Part shown: positions 1 through 9,049 of the stretch, in pieces | How positions within the stretch are numbered: position 1 is the first letter of the stretch | How the letters are laid out: each line of letters opens with the position of its first letter | Translations under genes and position numbers: made by a program | Origin: Thermoplasmatota archaeon | GTDB taxonomy: Archaea > Thermoplasmatota > SW-10-69-26 > JACQPN01 > JAIVGT01 | Assembly (NCBI GenBank): GCA_036003985.1 | Contig: DASYRW010000164.1 | Span: 1 to 46,253, forward strand | Length of the DNA stretch: 46,253 nucleotides | Direction: 5' to 3' | The notes under the pieces: model-generated | Told to the model about the DNA's origin: nothing | What the model saw: the letters and a program-made list of their open reading frames with translations, nothing else | Database searches by the model: none

Positions 1-1226
1 TGTTCGGGCGGCGCGGGCGCATGGCGCGGGCCATCTACTACACCAACGTCGGCGTCATCCCGGACGAAGTCAGCGCCAAGGTCATGACCACGGATGGCCA
101 AGTGAAGGGCAAGCTCGAGGCGGAGTTCGTCGAGCACCTCAAGCCCGGCGACATCTTCGTCCTCGGCGGCCAGACCTACGAGTTCCTCCGCTCGAGCCAG
201 GGCAGAGTCATCGTCGAAGCGCGGCCTGGTTCGCGACCCACCATCCCGGCCTGGTTCAGCGAGATGCTTCCCCTGAGCTACGACCTGGCCACGCACATCC
301 AGCAGTTCCGCGGCCACGTCGCCGCCACGATGGACGCGCAAGGCCCCGTCAAGACCGCGAAGCAATTGCAGAAGGAGCTGGCCATCGACGCGCGCACGTC
401 CCAGGCCCTCGTGGGCTACTTCGACGAGCAGCGCCGCTTCGCCAGCGTGCCCACGGACAAGGAAGTGCTCGTGGAGGAGATCGAGGACGACGAGGGCCGG
501 CTCAACTACATCTTCCACACCTGCATCGGCCGGCGCGCCAACGACGCGCTCTCGAGGGCCTTCGCGCACAAGGTGAGCAATTTCATCGCGTCCAACGTGA
601 GGGTCACGATCCACGACAACGGCTTCGTGCTCTCCTATCCAAAGCCGTTGTACCGCGACCCGGAGCGCGGCAAGCTGCGCGACAACATCCTGCAGGACCT
701 CTGGAGCATCCAGGACCTCGAGAAGGAGCTGCGCATGGCGCTCCGCAACACGGAGATCCTGAAGCGCCGCTTCCGGCACGTCGCGGTGCGCTCGCTGCTG
801 ATCCTGCGCAACTACCTCGGCCACGACATGGGCGTGAACCGGCAGCAGCGGGCCGCGAACATCCTGCTCAAGGTGGTGCGCGAGATCGACCGGGACTTCC
901 CGGCCCTCAAGGAGACCTACCGCGAGATCATGCGCGACGCCATGGACCTCGACAACGCGAAGGACTTCGTCGCCAAGGTCGAGCGCGGCGAGGTCAAGGT
1001 CAGGGTGACGCGCGGCGGCAGGGTCCCGAGCCCGTTCGCGTTCAACCTCGTGGCCATGGGCGCGACCGACGTGGTCATGATGGAGGACCGCAAGGAGCTG
1101 ATCCGCAAGATGCACGAGCGGGTCATGGCGATGCTCGAGCAGCGCGAGGCTCCCGCGCCGAAGCCGAAGGCCGCGAAGCACAAGGCCAAGCCCAAGGCCA
1201 AGGCGGTGGCGCGTGCCCGGAAGTGA
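1..1226 (+). CDS. lhr: Lhr-family ATP-dependent helicase, C-terminal portion (5' end lies upstream of the window)
   Basis: The frame is open from nt 3 through the first ATG (21) to TGA 1224-1226. Third positions are strongly G/C. By recall (no search), the sequence resembles the C-terminal DEAD/H-associated region of Lhr-type helicases. An overlapping metallophosphoesterase follows, the known Lhr-MPE arrangement. It ends in the basic tail APAPKPKAAKHKAKPKAKAVARARK. Confidence 0.75.
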   Translation, partial: FGRRGRMARAIYYTNVGVIPDEVSAKVMTTDGQVKGKLEAEFVEHLKPGDIFVLGGQTYEFLRSSQGRVIVEARPGSRPTIPAWFSEMLPLSYDLATHIQQFRGHVAATMDAQGPVKTAKQLQKELAIDARTSQALVGYFDEQRRFASVPTDKEVLVEEIEDDEGRLNYIFHTCIGRRANDALSRAFAHKVSNFIASNVRVTIHDNGFVLSYPKPLYRDPERGKLRDNILQDLWSIQDLEKELRMALRNTEILKRRFRHVAVRSLLILRNYLGHDMGVNRQQRAANILLKVVREIDRDFPALKETYREIMRDAMDLDNAKDFVAKVERGEVKVRVTRGGRVPSPFAFNLVAMGATDVVMMEDRKELIRKMHERVMAMLEQREAPAPKPKAAKHKAKPKAKAVARARK

Positions 1227-2034
1227 GCCCTCCAAGCTGCCCTTCGAGAACCTCAGCGGCGGCCGCGTGCTCGGCTACACGCCGCGCGACCCCGAGCCGA
1301 TCCACACGGCGCGGCCTTCCAAGGGCGTGGAGATCAGCTCGCTGCACAGCGCGCTCCTCGACGACGAGGCGCTCGTGATCAGCGACCTGCACCTCGGCTT
1401 GGAGGGCGTGCTGCACATGCAGGGGGTTGCGGTGCCGCGCTTCCAGCGGGGCATCATGGTGCCGCGGATCGAAGCGCTGCTGAGGCACTACAACCCGCAG
1501 CGGCTCATCGTGAACGGCGACTTCAAGCACAACTTCAGCCGCAACCTCGACCAAGAATGGCGCGAGGCGCGGCAGATGCTCCAAATGCTCCGCGACCGCA
1601 CGGCGGTCACGCTCGTCAAGGGCAACCACGACAACTACCTCGACACCATGGGCCAAGCAGCCGGGGTGCCGGTGCAGCCGCGCGTGGACCTGGAGCGCTT
1701 CGCGCTGGCCCATGGGCACGAGGACTTCGACGCCCAAGGCAGGATCGCGGTCGTGGGCCATGAGCATCCCTCGCTCGTGCTGCGCGACGCGGTCGGCGGG
1801 CGCGTGCAGTTGCCCTGCTTCCTGGCCAGCGACGAGGTCCTGGCGCTGCCGGCCTTCAGCCCGCTGAGCTCCGGGACCGACATCACGAGCAGCATCACCG
1901 GCTCCGGGCAGCACTTCACGCCGATCTTCGAGCGGGTGGACACCTCGCGGTTGAGGGTGTGGGGCGTGGGCGAGGGCGAGCTGCTGGACTTCCGCACCCT
2001 GGGGGAGCTGCGGGGGCTCGGGGCGTCGATCTAG
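1213..2034 (+). CDS. Metallophosphoesterase, SbcD/Mre11-related (MPE-like partner of Lhr)
   Basis: GTG 1213 overlaps the lhr stop by 14 nt. Calcineurin-like phosphoesterase motifs occur in the canonical order: ISDLHLG, NGDFKHN, VKGNHDN, LAHGHE, VVGHEHP. An in-frame alternative GTG lies at 1267. Confidence 0.8.
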   Translation: MPGSEPSKLPFENLSGGRVLGYTPRDPEPIHTARPSKGVEISSLHSALLDDEALVISDLHLGLEGVLHMQGVAVPRFQRGIMVPRIEALLRHYNPQRLIVNGDFKHNFSRNLDQEWREARQMLQMLRDRTAVTLVKGNHDNYLDTMGQAAGVPVQPRVDLERFALAHGHEDFDAQGRIAVVGHEHPSLVLRDAVGGRVQLPCFLASDEVLALPAFSPLSSGTDITSSITGSGQHFTPIFERVDTSRLRVWGVGEGELLDFRTLGELRGLGASI

Positions 2035-2124
2035 CTGGAAACTTGACGAATCGGCTGGTCTCGGCCGCCAACGCACAGGCGAAGTTCATAGCCCCCAACG
2101 GCCTGGACCGTCCGGGGGAGACCC

Positions 2125-2772
2125 ATGAGGCTGGGCTACATCCTTGGACTTGCGCTCGTGCCCGTCGTCGCCGGCTGCCTCGCGCCCGCCGCGCCCCTCG
2201 AGAGCACGGCCCCGGCCGCGGCGTCGCTGCCGACCGACGCGCTCGCGCCTGTCGAGCTGACGTGGGAGGGCTACATGGTCGCCGGCGCGGCGAGCGAGAT
2301 CCCCGCGCACTTCAGCGCCACCGAAACCGCCGTCGCACCGCTGTGGAAGTCGGGCTTCAACCTCATGGTGGAGGAGGTCCCGCAGGTGGTCGAGATCATG
2401 GTGGACTGGACCGCCGCGAGCCCGACCCAGCTCATGTTCATGGCCCACGTGCCCCACGACGAGGCGACTCCGCGCGACTGGTGGGAGTACGAGTACCCCT
2501 CCGGCCACATGACCGCGCCCCTCTGGCCCGCCGAAGGGCCGCTCTGCATGCGGATCCCCAGCGACGAGGTCGCGCCGGGCCACTGGCACATCATGAGCCA
2601 CTCGCGCTACGGCGCCGACATCCGGGTCACGTTCACCATCACGACCGTCGGCGGCGTCGTCTCCATCCCGGACGGCGAGCACGGCCACGCCCTCGACGCC
2701 GAGGAGGTGCAGCAGATCGCCGAGGTCGTCAAGACCAGCGATTGGCTGCCCTGCGAGCTGTCGCCCGCCTAG
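2125..2772 (+). CDS. Putative lipoprotein, no recognised family
   Basis: The N-terminus MRLGYILGLALVPVVAGC reads as a signal peptide with a lipobox-like Cys. Third positions are G/C-biased. The 3' end overlaps the convergent P450 stop by 4 nt. Confidence 0.6.
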   Translation: MRLGYILGLALVPVVAGCLAPAAPLESTAPAAASLPTDALAPVELTWEGYMVAGAASEIPAHFSATETAVAPLWKSGFNLMVEEVPQVVEIMVDWTAASPTQLMFMAHVPHDEATPRDWWEYEYPSGHMTAPLWPAEGPLCMRIPSDEVAPGHWHIMSHSRYGADIRVTFTITTVGGVVSIPDGEHGHALDAEEVQQIAEVVKTSDWLPCELSPA

Positions 2773-4094
2773 GCTGGATGCGCCACCATGCGCATGCCGT
2801 GCTTCGGCCGCAGCGTCAGCTTCGGCTCCAGCTCCGGCTCGAATCCCCGCGCGAGCGCGAAGCGCCAGCGCTGCGCGAAGGTCGCGAGGACCACCACCGC
2901 CTCCATCCACGCGAGGGGCTCGCCGATGCACGAGCGCGGGCCGCCACCGAAGGGGAAGTAGCAGAACTTCGGCCGCGCCGCGGTCGCCTCGGGCGTCCAT
3001 CGGTCGGGATCGAAGCTGTCCGGCTCGGGCCAGAAGCGCGCGTCGCGGTGCATCATGAACTGGCTCATCAGCACCAGCGAGCCCTTCGGCAGGTCGTAGC
3101 CCGCGATGCGCACGGGCTCGATCGCCTTGCGGCCGATGATCCACGCCGGCGGGTAGAGGCGCATCCCTTCCGCGAACACTTGGCGCGCGAGCTTGAGCTT
3201 CGGCACGTCCTCGGCGGTGGGCGCGCGGTCCCCGAGCACCGCCGCGACCTCCGCGCGCAATTGCGCGGCGACCTCGGGGTGCTGGCTGAGCAAATACCAA
3301 GTCCACGTCAGCCCGTTCGCCGTGGTCTCGTGCCCGGCGAGGAGAACGGTCACGGCCTCGTCGCGAACCTGCTGCGCGCTCATCCGCTCGCCGCGCTCCG
3401 CGTCCTCCGCCTCGAGCAGCCAGCTCAGCAGGTCCTGCCGCTCGCCGGGCACGCGCCCCCGGCGCTCGTCGATCATGGCGAAGATGCGTTCATCCATGGC
3501 GCGCTTCGCTGCATGCAGCCGGCGCGTCTCGGGCAGCGGCAGGCGGTCCACCACCGGCGCGAAGGGCGCGGTCAGGCGGTTGAAGTTGTCCACGCTCACC
3601 GACAGCGCGCGCAGGAAGTCGGGCTCGGCCTCGAGGTCGATGTCGAAGAGCGCCTGGCCGATGATGCCCAGGGTGAGGCGCATCATGGCGTCGTGCATGT
3701 CGAACTCCTCGCCAGCGCGGAGCCGATCGCGGGCGCGCGCGCTCTGCTGCGCCATGATGGCCGCGTAGCCCTGGATGCGCTCGTGGCGGAACACGGGCAG
3801 CAGGGCGCGGCGGTGGCCGAGGTGCTCGTCGCCGTTGGCCGTGAGCAGGCCATTGCCCAGCAAGCGGCGCGCCTCCTGCAGCGCGCGGCCCTTGTGGAAG
3901 CTGCGGTGCTGCTTGACGAGCACCTCCTGGATCGCCTCGGGCTCGTTGACCAGGAACACGTGCAGACCGCCGAAGGGGAGATGGACGATGTTGCCATGCT
4001 CGCGGATGTAGCCCTGGAAGCTCGTGAGCGGATCGCGGTAGATGCGGCCCAGCTGGAGGAGCGGCGCGCGGGGGCCGGGCGGGTACCGCGGCAT
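2769..4094 (-). CDS. Cytochrome P450 monooxygenase
   Basis: Three P450 signatures are present: heme-thiolate loop FPFGGGPRSCIGEPLA, I-helix LLAGHETTANG, and K-helix ExxR (EGMR). I placed the start at ATG 4092-4094 (MPRYPPGP...). The 45 codons upstream in the tracked ORF are Arg/Pro-rich filler. Confidence 0.9.
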   Translation of the reverse strand: MPRYPPGPRAPLLQLGRIYRDPLTSFQGYIREHGNIVHLPFGGLHVFLVNEPEAIQEVLVKQHRSFHKGRALQEARRLLGNGLLTANGDEHLGHRRALLPVFRHERIQGYAAIMAQQSARARDRLRAGEEFDMHDAMMRLTLGIIGQALFDIDLEAEPDFLRALSVSVDNFNRLTAPFAPVVDRLPLPETRRLHAAKRAMDERIFAMIDERRGRVPGERQDLLSWLLEAEDAERGERMSAQQVRDEAVTVLLAGHETTANGLTWTWYLLSQHPEVAAQLRAEVAAVLGDRAPTAEDVPKLKLARQVFAEGMRLYPPAWIIGRKAIEPVRIAGYDLPKGSLVLMSQFMMHRDARFWPEPDSFDPDRWTPEATAARPKFCYFPFGGGPRSCIGEPLAWMEAVVVLATFAQRWRFALARGFEPELEPKLTLRPKHGMRMVAHPA

Positions 4095-4179
4095 GGGCGC
4101 GCTCGGAAGGGCGCGGGGGGCATCAAGCCTTGCCCCCGGCACCGCGCGGTTCAAGTCCCGGGGCCGCGCTCCGGGCCGC

Positions 4180-5010
4180 ATGCAGGGCGACGCGCTGGTG
4201 CGCGACCAGTACACGCGCATGGCGCACATCTACGAGGAGCGCGTCGTGCCGCGCTTCGCGCCGATCGCCGCGCGCACCGTCGCGCTCGCCGAACTCCAGG
4301 AAGGCCAGCGCGTCCTCGACGTGGGCTGCGGCACCGGGCTGGCGACGCTGCTCGCCGCGGAGCACGTCGGCCCGAAGGGCGAGGTCGTCGGCGTGGACTT
4401 CAGCGAGGGCCAGCTCGGCATCGCGGCCGGGAAGGCGCAACTCCGCGGCCTCGGCCACGTGCAATTCGAGCGCGCCGACGCCACGCAGCTGGCCTTCGAG
4501 GCCGCCTTCGACGCGGCGATCAGCAACCTCGGCATCCCCGCGGAGTTCGCGCCGACCTTCGCGGGCATGCAGCGCGCGCTCCGCCCCGGCGGCAGGCTCA
4601 GCGTGACCGAGTGGGCGCGGCCCCAGGCGGAGCCCTTCGACACCTTCCGCGCGCTGCTGGCGGAGCACCTCGACCCCCACCCACCGCCGGACATCGTCGA
4701 GGCGCGCGCGGTCCTCGCGCGGCGGCGCGCGATGTTCGACCGGATCGGCACCGTCGAGGGCTTCGAGGCCGCGCTGCGCGCGGCGGGCTTCGCGGAGGTG
4801 CGCGTCGCGCCGGCGAGCTATGACGTGCCGTTCCGGTCGGGCCGCGAGGCCTACGACGTGGTGCTGTCGTGGGGCTGGCAGGAGCAGGAAGTGCGCCGGC
4901 TCCCCGCGCCTGCGCGCGCGAGCCTGCAAGAAGGGATGGAGCGCCGCTTCGGCGCGGCGCCCTTCACGGCGCGATGGCACCTGCTGCACGGGACGGCGCA
5001 GCGGGGCTGA
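4180..5010 (+). CDS. Class I SAM-dependent methyltransferase (UbiE/COQ5-like)
   Basis: SAM-binding motif I is VLDVGCGTGLATLLAA, followed by VVGVDFSEGQ and LRPGGRLSV. Start set at ATG 4180 (MQGDALVRDQY...). A TATA-like GGTTCAAGTCC lies about 27 nt upstream. Confidence 0.85.
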   Translation: MQGDALVRDQYTRMAHIYEERVVPRFAPIAARTVALAELQEGQRVLDVGCGTGLATLLAAEHVGPKGEVVGVDFSEGQLGIAAGKAQLRGLGHVQFERADATQLAFEAAFDAAISNLGIPAEFAPTFAGMQRALRPGGRLSVTEWARPQAEPFDTFRALLAEHLDPHPPPDIVEARAVLARRRAMFDRIGTVEGFEAALRAAGFAEVRVAPASYDVPFRSGREAYDVVLSWGWQEQEVRRLPAPARASLQEGMERRFGAAPFTARWHLLHGTAQRG

Positions 5011-5217
5011 TCAAGGCCGGAGGAAGCGGCAGTCGGAGTCGACGGTGAGCGAGGGCCCGTCGAGGCACAGGCACACGCTCACCACGTCGAGCCGCGAGCC
5101 CAGCGAGCCGCCGCCGGGCAGGCACGAGCCGCTGCCGCCGGCGCTGACCGCGGCGGCCGAGCCGGCCGCCACGATGCCGATCACCATCAGACCCAAGAGG
5201 AGCAAGGTCGCCCGCAT
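5011..5217 (-). CDS. Small (68 aa) signal-peptide protein with several Cys, hypothetical
   Basis: ATG at 5215-5217 on the minus strand gives MRATLLLLGLMVIGIVAAGSAAAVSAGG..., a hydrophobic N-terminus followed by CLPGG..VCLCLDG..DC. It is the only plausible part of the 654-aa shadow ORF. Confidence 0.35.
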   Translation of the reverse strand: MRATLLLLGLMVIGIVAAGSAAAVSAGGSGSCLPGGGSLGSRLDVVSVCLCLDGPSLTVDSDCRFLRP

Positions 5218-5398
5218 GTCGCCGCCTTCCACGGCGCGATGGCCTCTAGGGCTCTTGAGGTTTCGCCCGGCCTGCGCCGGCTTGCCAACGATCGGATCAC
5301 TCGTCGTCGTCGGGGTCGCCCGGGTCAGGATCATCCGGGATCGGCCCCGGTCCGGGCGGCCACGGCGGCTCGGGCTCCGGTTGCACCCGCGGAGGCAT

Positions 5399-5421
5399 GG
5401 ATGCTCCACGGCTTGGCATCC
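5399..5421. promoter_or_regulatory. Inverted repeat GGATGC-N11-GCATCC upstream of the HTH_10 regulator gene
   Basis: Read directly from the sequence. It lies 60-80 nt upstream of ATG 5482, and a TATA-like CAAGGTTGAAG follows at 5448-5458. Confidence 0.3.
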
Positions 5422-5481
5422 TATCAACCCTCGCGATCGACCCCCAGCAAGGTTGAAGCGCGCCCCATCGCTGGCAGGGGC

Positions 5482-6204
5482 ATGGTCGTGCAGGCCTCGC
5501 TGCGCATGCGCCACCGCGGCTGCGTCAGCGAGTCCTTCCGCGGCGAGACGGTCATGATGCAGGTGAGCGGCGAGCGCGGCTCCGACGTGTGGGTGCTGCG
5601 CGCGCCGACCCCCGCCCTGCTCGACGCCGCCATCGCTCGCTGCGAGGCGTACGTGCAAAACAAGGCAGCGTACCTCGATCGCTCGCCGACGAGCGCCGTG
5701 TTCCGCGGGATCAACAGCCCCGCCGGCACCATCGCGACGATCCGCGCGACCCCCTGCTCGATCCTCTGGCCGGTCGTCTACCGCGACGGCCTGGAGCACT
5801 ACACGATCCTCGCGCCGGACCGCGGCGCGCTCGCGGAGGTGGTCGATCGGCTGGGCAAGCTCGGTGACGTGGTGGTGGAGCGCGTCGCCGAGGTGCCGAT
5901 GGCCGCGTTGGAAGTGGGCGGCTCCCTTGCTGACCTCGCCACGGGGCTGACGGCGCGGCAGCTCGAGGCCCTCCGCGCGGCCGCGAGGAGCGGCTACTAC
6001 CAGGTTCCCAGGCCCGTGGACGCCGCCGACATCGCGCGCCAGCTGCACGTCTCGCGTGCGACGTTCCAGGAGCACCTGCGCAAGGCCGAGCGGCAGGTGC
6101 TCGAAGGCTTCGTCGCCGCGGTGGAGCGGCACCCGGGGCTGCAGGAGGCCGCGGCGGTGCGGCCCGGCCGCAAGCGCGGGTTGAAGCGGCGCCGACGCGG
6201 CTAG
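5482..6204 (+). CDS. HTH_10 (bacterio-opsin activator-type) DNA-binding protein
   Basis: The C-terminal LTARQLEALRAAARSGYYQVPRPVDAADIARQLHVSRATFQEHLRKAERQVL is the typical HTH_10 signature. The N-terminus MVVQASLRMRHRGC resembles the start of this archaeal family. Start set at ATG 5482. Confidence 0.8.
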   Translation: MVVQASLRMRHRGCVSESFRGETVMMQVSGERGSDVWVLRAPTPALLDAAIARCEAYVQNKAAYLDRSPTSAVFRGINSPAGTIATIRATPCSILWPVVYRDGLEHYTILAPDRGALAEVVDRLGKLGDVVVERVAEVPMAALEVGGSLADLATGLTARQLEALRAAARSGYYQVPRPVDAADIARQLHVSRATFQEHLRKAERQVLEGFVAAVERHPGLQEAAAVRPGRKRGLKRRRRG

Positions 6205-6416
6205 GTCGAACAAACCGCCGGCCGCAGCCGGGACTTCGCCGCGCGCGACGAGCCGGTCCCGAGGAACCTGATGAGGCCACGCCGCGTCTCGCCGCTCGAG
6301 GCCTCGGATGATGCGCCCCCTGCTGCGCGCGGCCGCGCTCCTGCTCGTGCTCGCCTTGCTGGCGCCGGCCCTCGACGCGGGCCCGGGCGCCGCCGGCGCC
6401 GGCCTTCGAGGGTTCG

Positions 6417-6767
6417 TCAGTCCTCGGCCTTCCGCCGGCGCGCTTTGGGCTTCGGCGGCGCAGGCTCCTTCGCCAGGGTCATCGCGCCCTTGAGCACCGC
6501 CCGCTCCTCGCTCGGCAAGGGCTCGCCCTGCAAGCCGCGGAACACCACGGCCGCGACGACGTGCGAGCACAGCGCGCCATCCTTCGCGGCGTGCAGCGCG
6601 CCCCACATGCACGTGCAGCTGAACGCGTTGCTGGCCTCGAGCCGCACGTCGTGCGTCTCGGTGTCGCCGCGCACGCGGTAGTAGGCCGCCTTCGCCTCGG
6701 CCACGTCGAGCTCGACGTGCCCTTGGAGCGCGAGCCTGAGACCCTTGCGGTAGATGTCCTCGGACAT
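6417..6767 (-). CDS. SWIM-type zinc-finger protein
   Basis: CxC-Xn-CxH pattern: FSCTCMWGALHAAKDGALCSHV. A TATA-like CTTTTGTAG (minus strand, 6792-6800) lies about 29 nt upstream of ATG 6767. The protein ends in the basic tail PAPPKPKARRRKAED. Confidence 0.75.
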   Translation of the reverse strand: MSEDIYRKGLRLALQGHVELDVAEAKAAYYRVRGDTETHDVRLEASNAFSCTCMWGALHAAKDGALCSHVVAAVVFRGLQGEPLPSEERAVLKGAMTLAKEPAPPKPKARRRKAED

Positions 6768-6809
6768 CGGGGAACGTGCATGCTCGCGGGGCTACAAAAG
6801 CCGCGCGGC

Positions 6810-7541
6810 TCAGGCCGTCGCGCTCTCGAGCCCGCTCGCCGGGGCTGGCGGCGCGCGGAGCTGGTCCACGACCGCGACCAGCTCGTCGATGCGCCGGAGC
6901 TTGAAGTCGGGCTGGTCGAAGGGGAAGGCGGTGGCGTAATGCGGCTGCGCGCCGTAGAGGGCCTGGGCTGTCCAAAGCCCCAGCTTGCGCGCGGGGCGCA
7001 CATCGCGCGAGGGGTTGTCGCCCACCATGAGCACGTCACGTGGTTGGAGCGCGAGCTTGCGCAGCAGCTGCCGGTAGGGCATCTCGTCGGCCTTGCCCTG
7101 CAGCGTGTCGTCGAGGGTGATGACCGTGTCGAAGAACGGAAGGAGCCGAGCGGCCGCGAGCCTGTGCAAGGCCTTGGGCCGCTCGGCGTCGGTGATGATC
7201 GCGAGCGTCAGGCCGCGGCGGCCGAGCTCCTGCAGCGTCCACGTCGCGCGTGGGTAGGGCTCGAGCAGCGCGTCCTTCACGCGCTGGTAGCCGCGGATGC
7301 CCGCGAAGAGCACGCGCGGGTCCACGTGGCCAGCCGTCGTCTGCAGGAAGCGCTCGAACGCCACGTCGCCGTCGAGGCCGCAGGCCTTGTAGACATCCCA
7401 GAGCCGCTCCTCCGCGAGGGCAGGATCCATGTCCAAGCCGGCATCGACCATGGCGAGGGCGGCGCTGCGCGCGGCGATCTCCTTGAACCGCAGGAAGTCC
7501 ACGAGGGTGCCGTCGAGGTCGAAGGCGATGGCCTGGAGCAT
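6810..7541 (-). CDS. HAD-superfamily hydrolase (subfamily IA-like phosphatase)
   Basis: Motif I is AFDLDGTLVD directly after the chosen ATG (7539-7541). Later motifs are ITDAERP and MVGDNPSRD. It starts 2 nt after the stop of the upstream nuclease gene, so the two are a likely operon. Confidence 0.85.
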   Translation of the reverse strand: MLQAIAFDLDGTLVDFLRFKEIAARSAALAMVDAGLDMDPALAEERLWDVYKACGLDGDVAFERFLQTTAGHVDPRVLFAGIRGYQRVKDALLEPYPRATWTLQELGRRGLTLAIITDAERPKALHRLAAARLLPFFDTVITLDDTLQGKADEMPYRQLLRKLALQPRDVLMVGDNPSRDVRPARKLGLWTAQALYGAQPHYATAFPFDQPDFKLRRIDELVAVVDQLRAPPAPASGLESATA

Positions 7542-7543
7542 GC

Positions 7544-9049
7544 TCACAGCTCCATGGGCTTGCCGCCGTCCTTGAGCATGTGGCTGGGCTTCTGCACCGC
7601 GACGCCCAGCGGCTCGAGGTTCTTCTCGAAGAGCTCGTGGTGCTCGGTGTGGATGGGGATGACGCACCGCGGCGCGATCTGCGCGATGGCCTTCCAGAGC
7701 TCAGGCCCCGAGGCGTGGCCAGACGCGTGCGTCTGCAGGTAGGGGTAGAGCCCGAACAGCTGGAGCCAGTTGTCCACGCGCTTCTTGTCGAACTCCATCT
7801 CCTCGTCGAAGGGCTCGGTGATGCTGCGGATGTACCGCGAGCCCGGCGGGGGCTGGAGGTCGATGAGGGCCGTGAGCTCGAAGAAGTCCACGCGCACGAC
7901 GTACTCCGACGGGGCCTCGCGGATATCCTCGGCGGTGACGCTGTTGGGGTGGTCGATGAGCTCGCGCTCCCACTTCTTGTAGTCGCTCAGCGCGAAGTCG
8001 CGGTCGACGCCCGGCCTTCCCCAGAGGCCCCAGCCCTTGCGCGGCACGAAGACGCGCAGGCTCGGATCGTCGAAGGACGGCATCTCCTCCTCGCCGGCCT
8101 CGCGCAGCTGCTGCAGGAAGAACGCCTGCTTGGTGCTGATGCACAGCTTCCGCCCGGCGCGGCGCGTGGCCTCGAGGAACGTGAGCAGGCGGTCCGTGTC
8201 GCGCACCGGCCAGTTGACCACGACGAGGCCGGCGGTGTCCTCGACCTCGCGCTGGACCTGCGCGGCGACCTCGGCCTCCGTGACGCCACCCTCGCTGTCC
8301 ACCCTCGTGCCTTCGATCAGCAAGTAGTCGGGCTCGAAGGCGCGCGCCGCGTCGACGAAACCCCAGCTCTTCTTGCCGTGGCGGCCGTGGAAGCGGAAGT
8401 CGCCGGTGTACGCGATCCGCGTGGTGGAGGCCTCGATGAGGATGCCGCTCGCGCCAGGCAGCGAGTGGTCTTCCGCGACGCCCTGCACCTGGATGTCGCC
8501 GACGCCGCCGGGGCTGGCGCCGAAGGTGACCGTCTCGCGCGGCACCTCCTCCATGCCCGCGTCGCCGCTGCGGAGCTTCTTGGGTTGGCCGTTGGCGCCC
8601 ACGCCCACCTGGAACGAGGGGAAGATGGAGAGGTACTCCTTCGGCCCGCTGCTTTGGGTCTCCTCCAACGCCCGCATGATGCCGAAGCTCGGCTGGCTGG
8701 CGATGATCGGGATATCGGGGCGCAGGAACGCCATGTCCCCGATGTGGTCCATGTGGGCGTGGCTGATGATGACGCCGTCGATGGCGCGCGCCTGCTTCGC
8801 CTTGCCCATGTGGACGAGGTAGTCGTTGCGGTACAAGCCCTCGAGTTCCGGCATCAGGCCGAGGGCCCAGTAGTCGCCCATGCCGTTGAGCTTGCGCGGC
8901 CGCAGGAACTCGCTGAAGTACTCGCCGAACTTGCCGAAACTCATGCCGAAGTCGAGGAACACGCGCGTGCGGTCGGTCTCGAGGAGGAACTTGTTGCCAC
9001 CGATCTCCTCGACGCCGCCGTAGAAGCTGAGCTTCGCCTTGCCGGTCAC
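7544..9049 (-). CDS. MBL-fold beta-CASP ribonuclease (RNase J-like)
   Basis: Three motifs support the call: HxHxDH (ISHAHMDHIGD), a glycine-rich N-terminus FYGGVEEIGGNKFLLE, and the C-terminal beta-CASP motif THASGHASGPEL. Start set at GTG 9047-9049, preceded by GGGGGACGGAG. The extra 67 codons of the tracked ORF look non-coding. Confidence 0.85.
   Translation of the reverse strand: MTGKAKLSFYGGVEEIGGNKFLLETDRTRVFLDFGMSFGKFGEYFSEFLRPRKLNGMGDYWALGLMPELEGLYRNDYLVHMGKAKQARAIDGVIISHAHMDHIGDMAFLRPDIPIIASQPSFGIMRALEETQSSGPKEYLSIFPSFQVGVGANGQPKKLRSGDAGMEEVPRETVTFGASPGGVGDIQVQGVAEDHSLPGASGILIEASTTRIAYTGDFRFHGRHGKKSWGFVDAARAFEPDYLLIEGTRVDSEGGVTEAEVAAQVQREVEDTAGLVVVNWPVRDTDRLLTFLEATRRAGRKLCISTKQAFFLQQLREAGEEEMPSFDDPSLRVFVPRKGWGLWGRPGVDRDFALSDYKKWERELIDHPNSVTAEDIREAPSEYVVRVDFFELTALIDLQPPPGSRYIRSITEPFDEEMEFDKKRVDNWLQLFGLYPYLQTHASGHASGPELWKAIAQIAPRCVIPIHTEHHELFEKNLEPLGVAVQKPSHMLKDGGKPMEL

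Noticed and set aside
4148-4157. GGTTCAAGTC (also at 34539-34548) as a possible tRNA T-loop
   Set aside because: There are no complementary T-stem arms, and no acceptor or anticodon stems can be drawn around either site. I found no tRNA in the window.
1959-4823. 954-aa plus-strand ORF spanning the lipoprotein, P450 and methyltransferase loci
   Set aside because: The translation is dominated by Arg/Ala/Gly/Pro runs (RRRGRAGP...), typical of out-of-frame or antisense reading of high-GC DNA. It overlaps three ORFs that carry clear family motifs.
6308-6493. 61-aa ORF with a signal-peptide-like start (MMRPLLRAAALLLVLALLAPA...)
   Set aside because: Its 3' third overlaps the SWIM gene on the opposite strand. 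Third-position G/C bias collapses after about codon 33. At best it is a remnant of a secreted-protein gene, and it is not supportable as a gene.
5011-6975. 654-aa minus-strand ORF
   Set aside because: Same shadow-ORF composition. It is antisense to the HTH_10 gene and out of frame with the SWIM gene. Only its last 68 codons (a signal-peptide-like small protein) look plausible.
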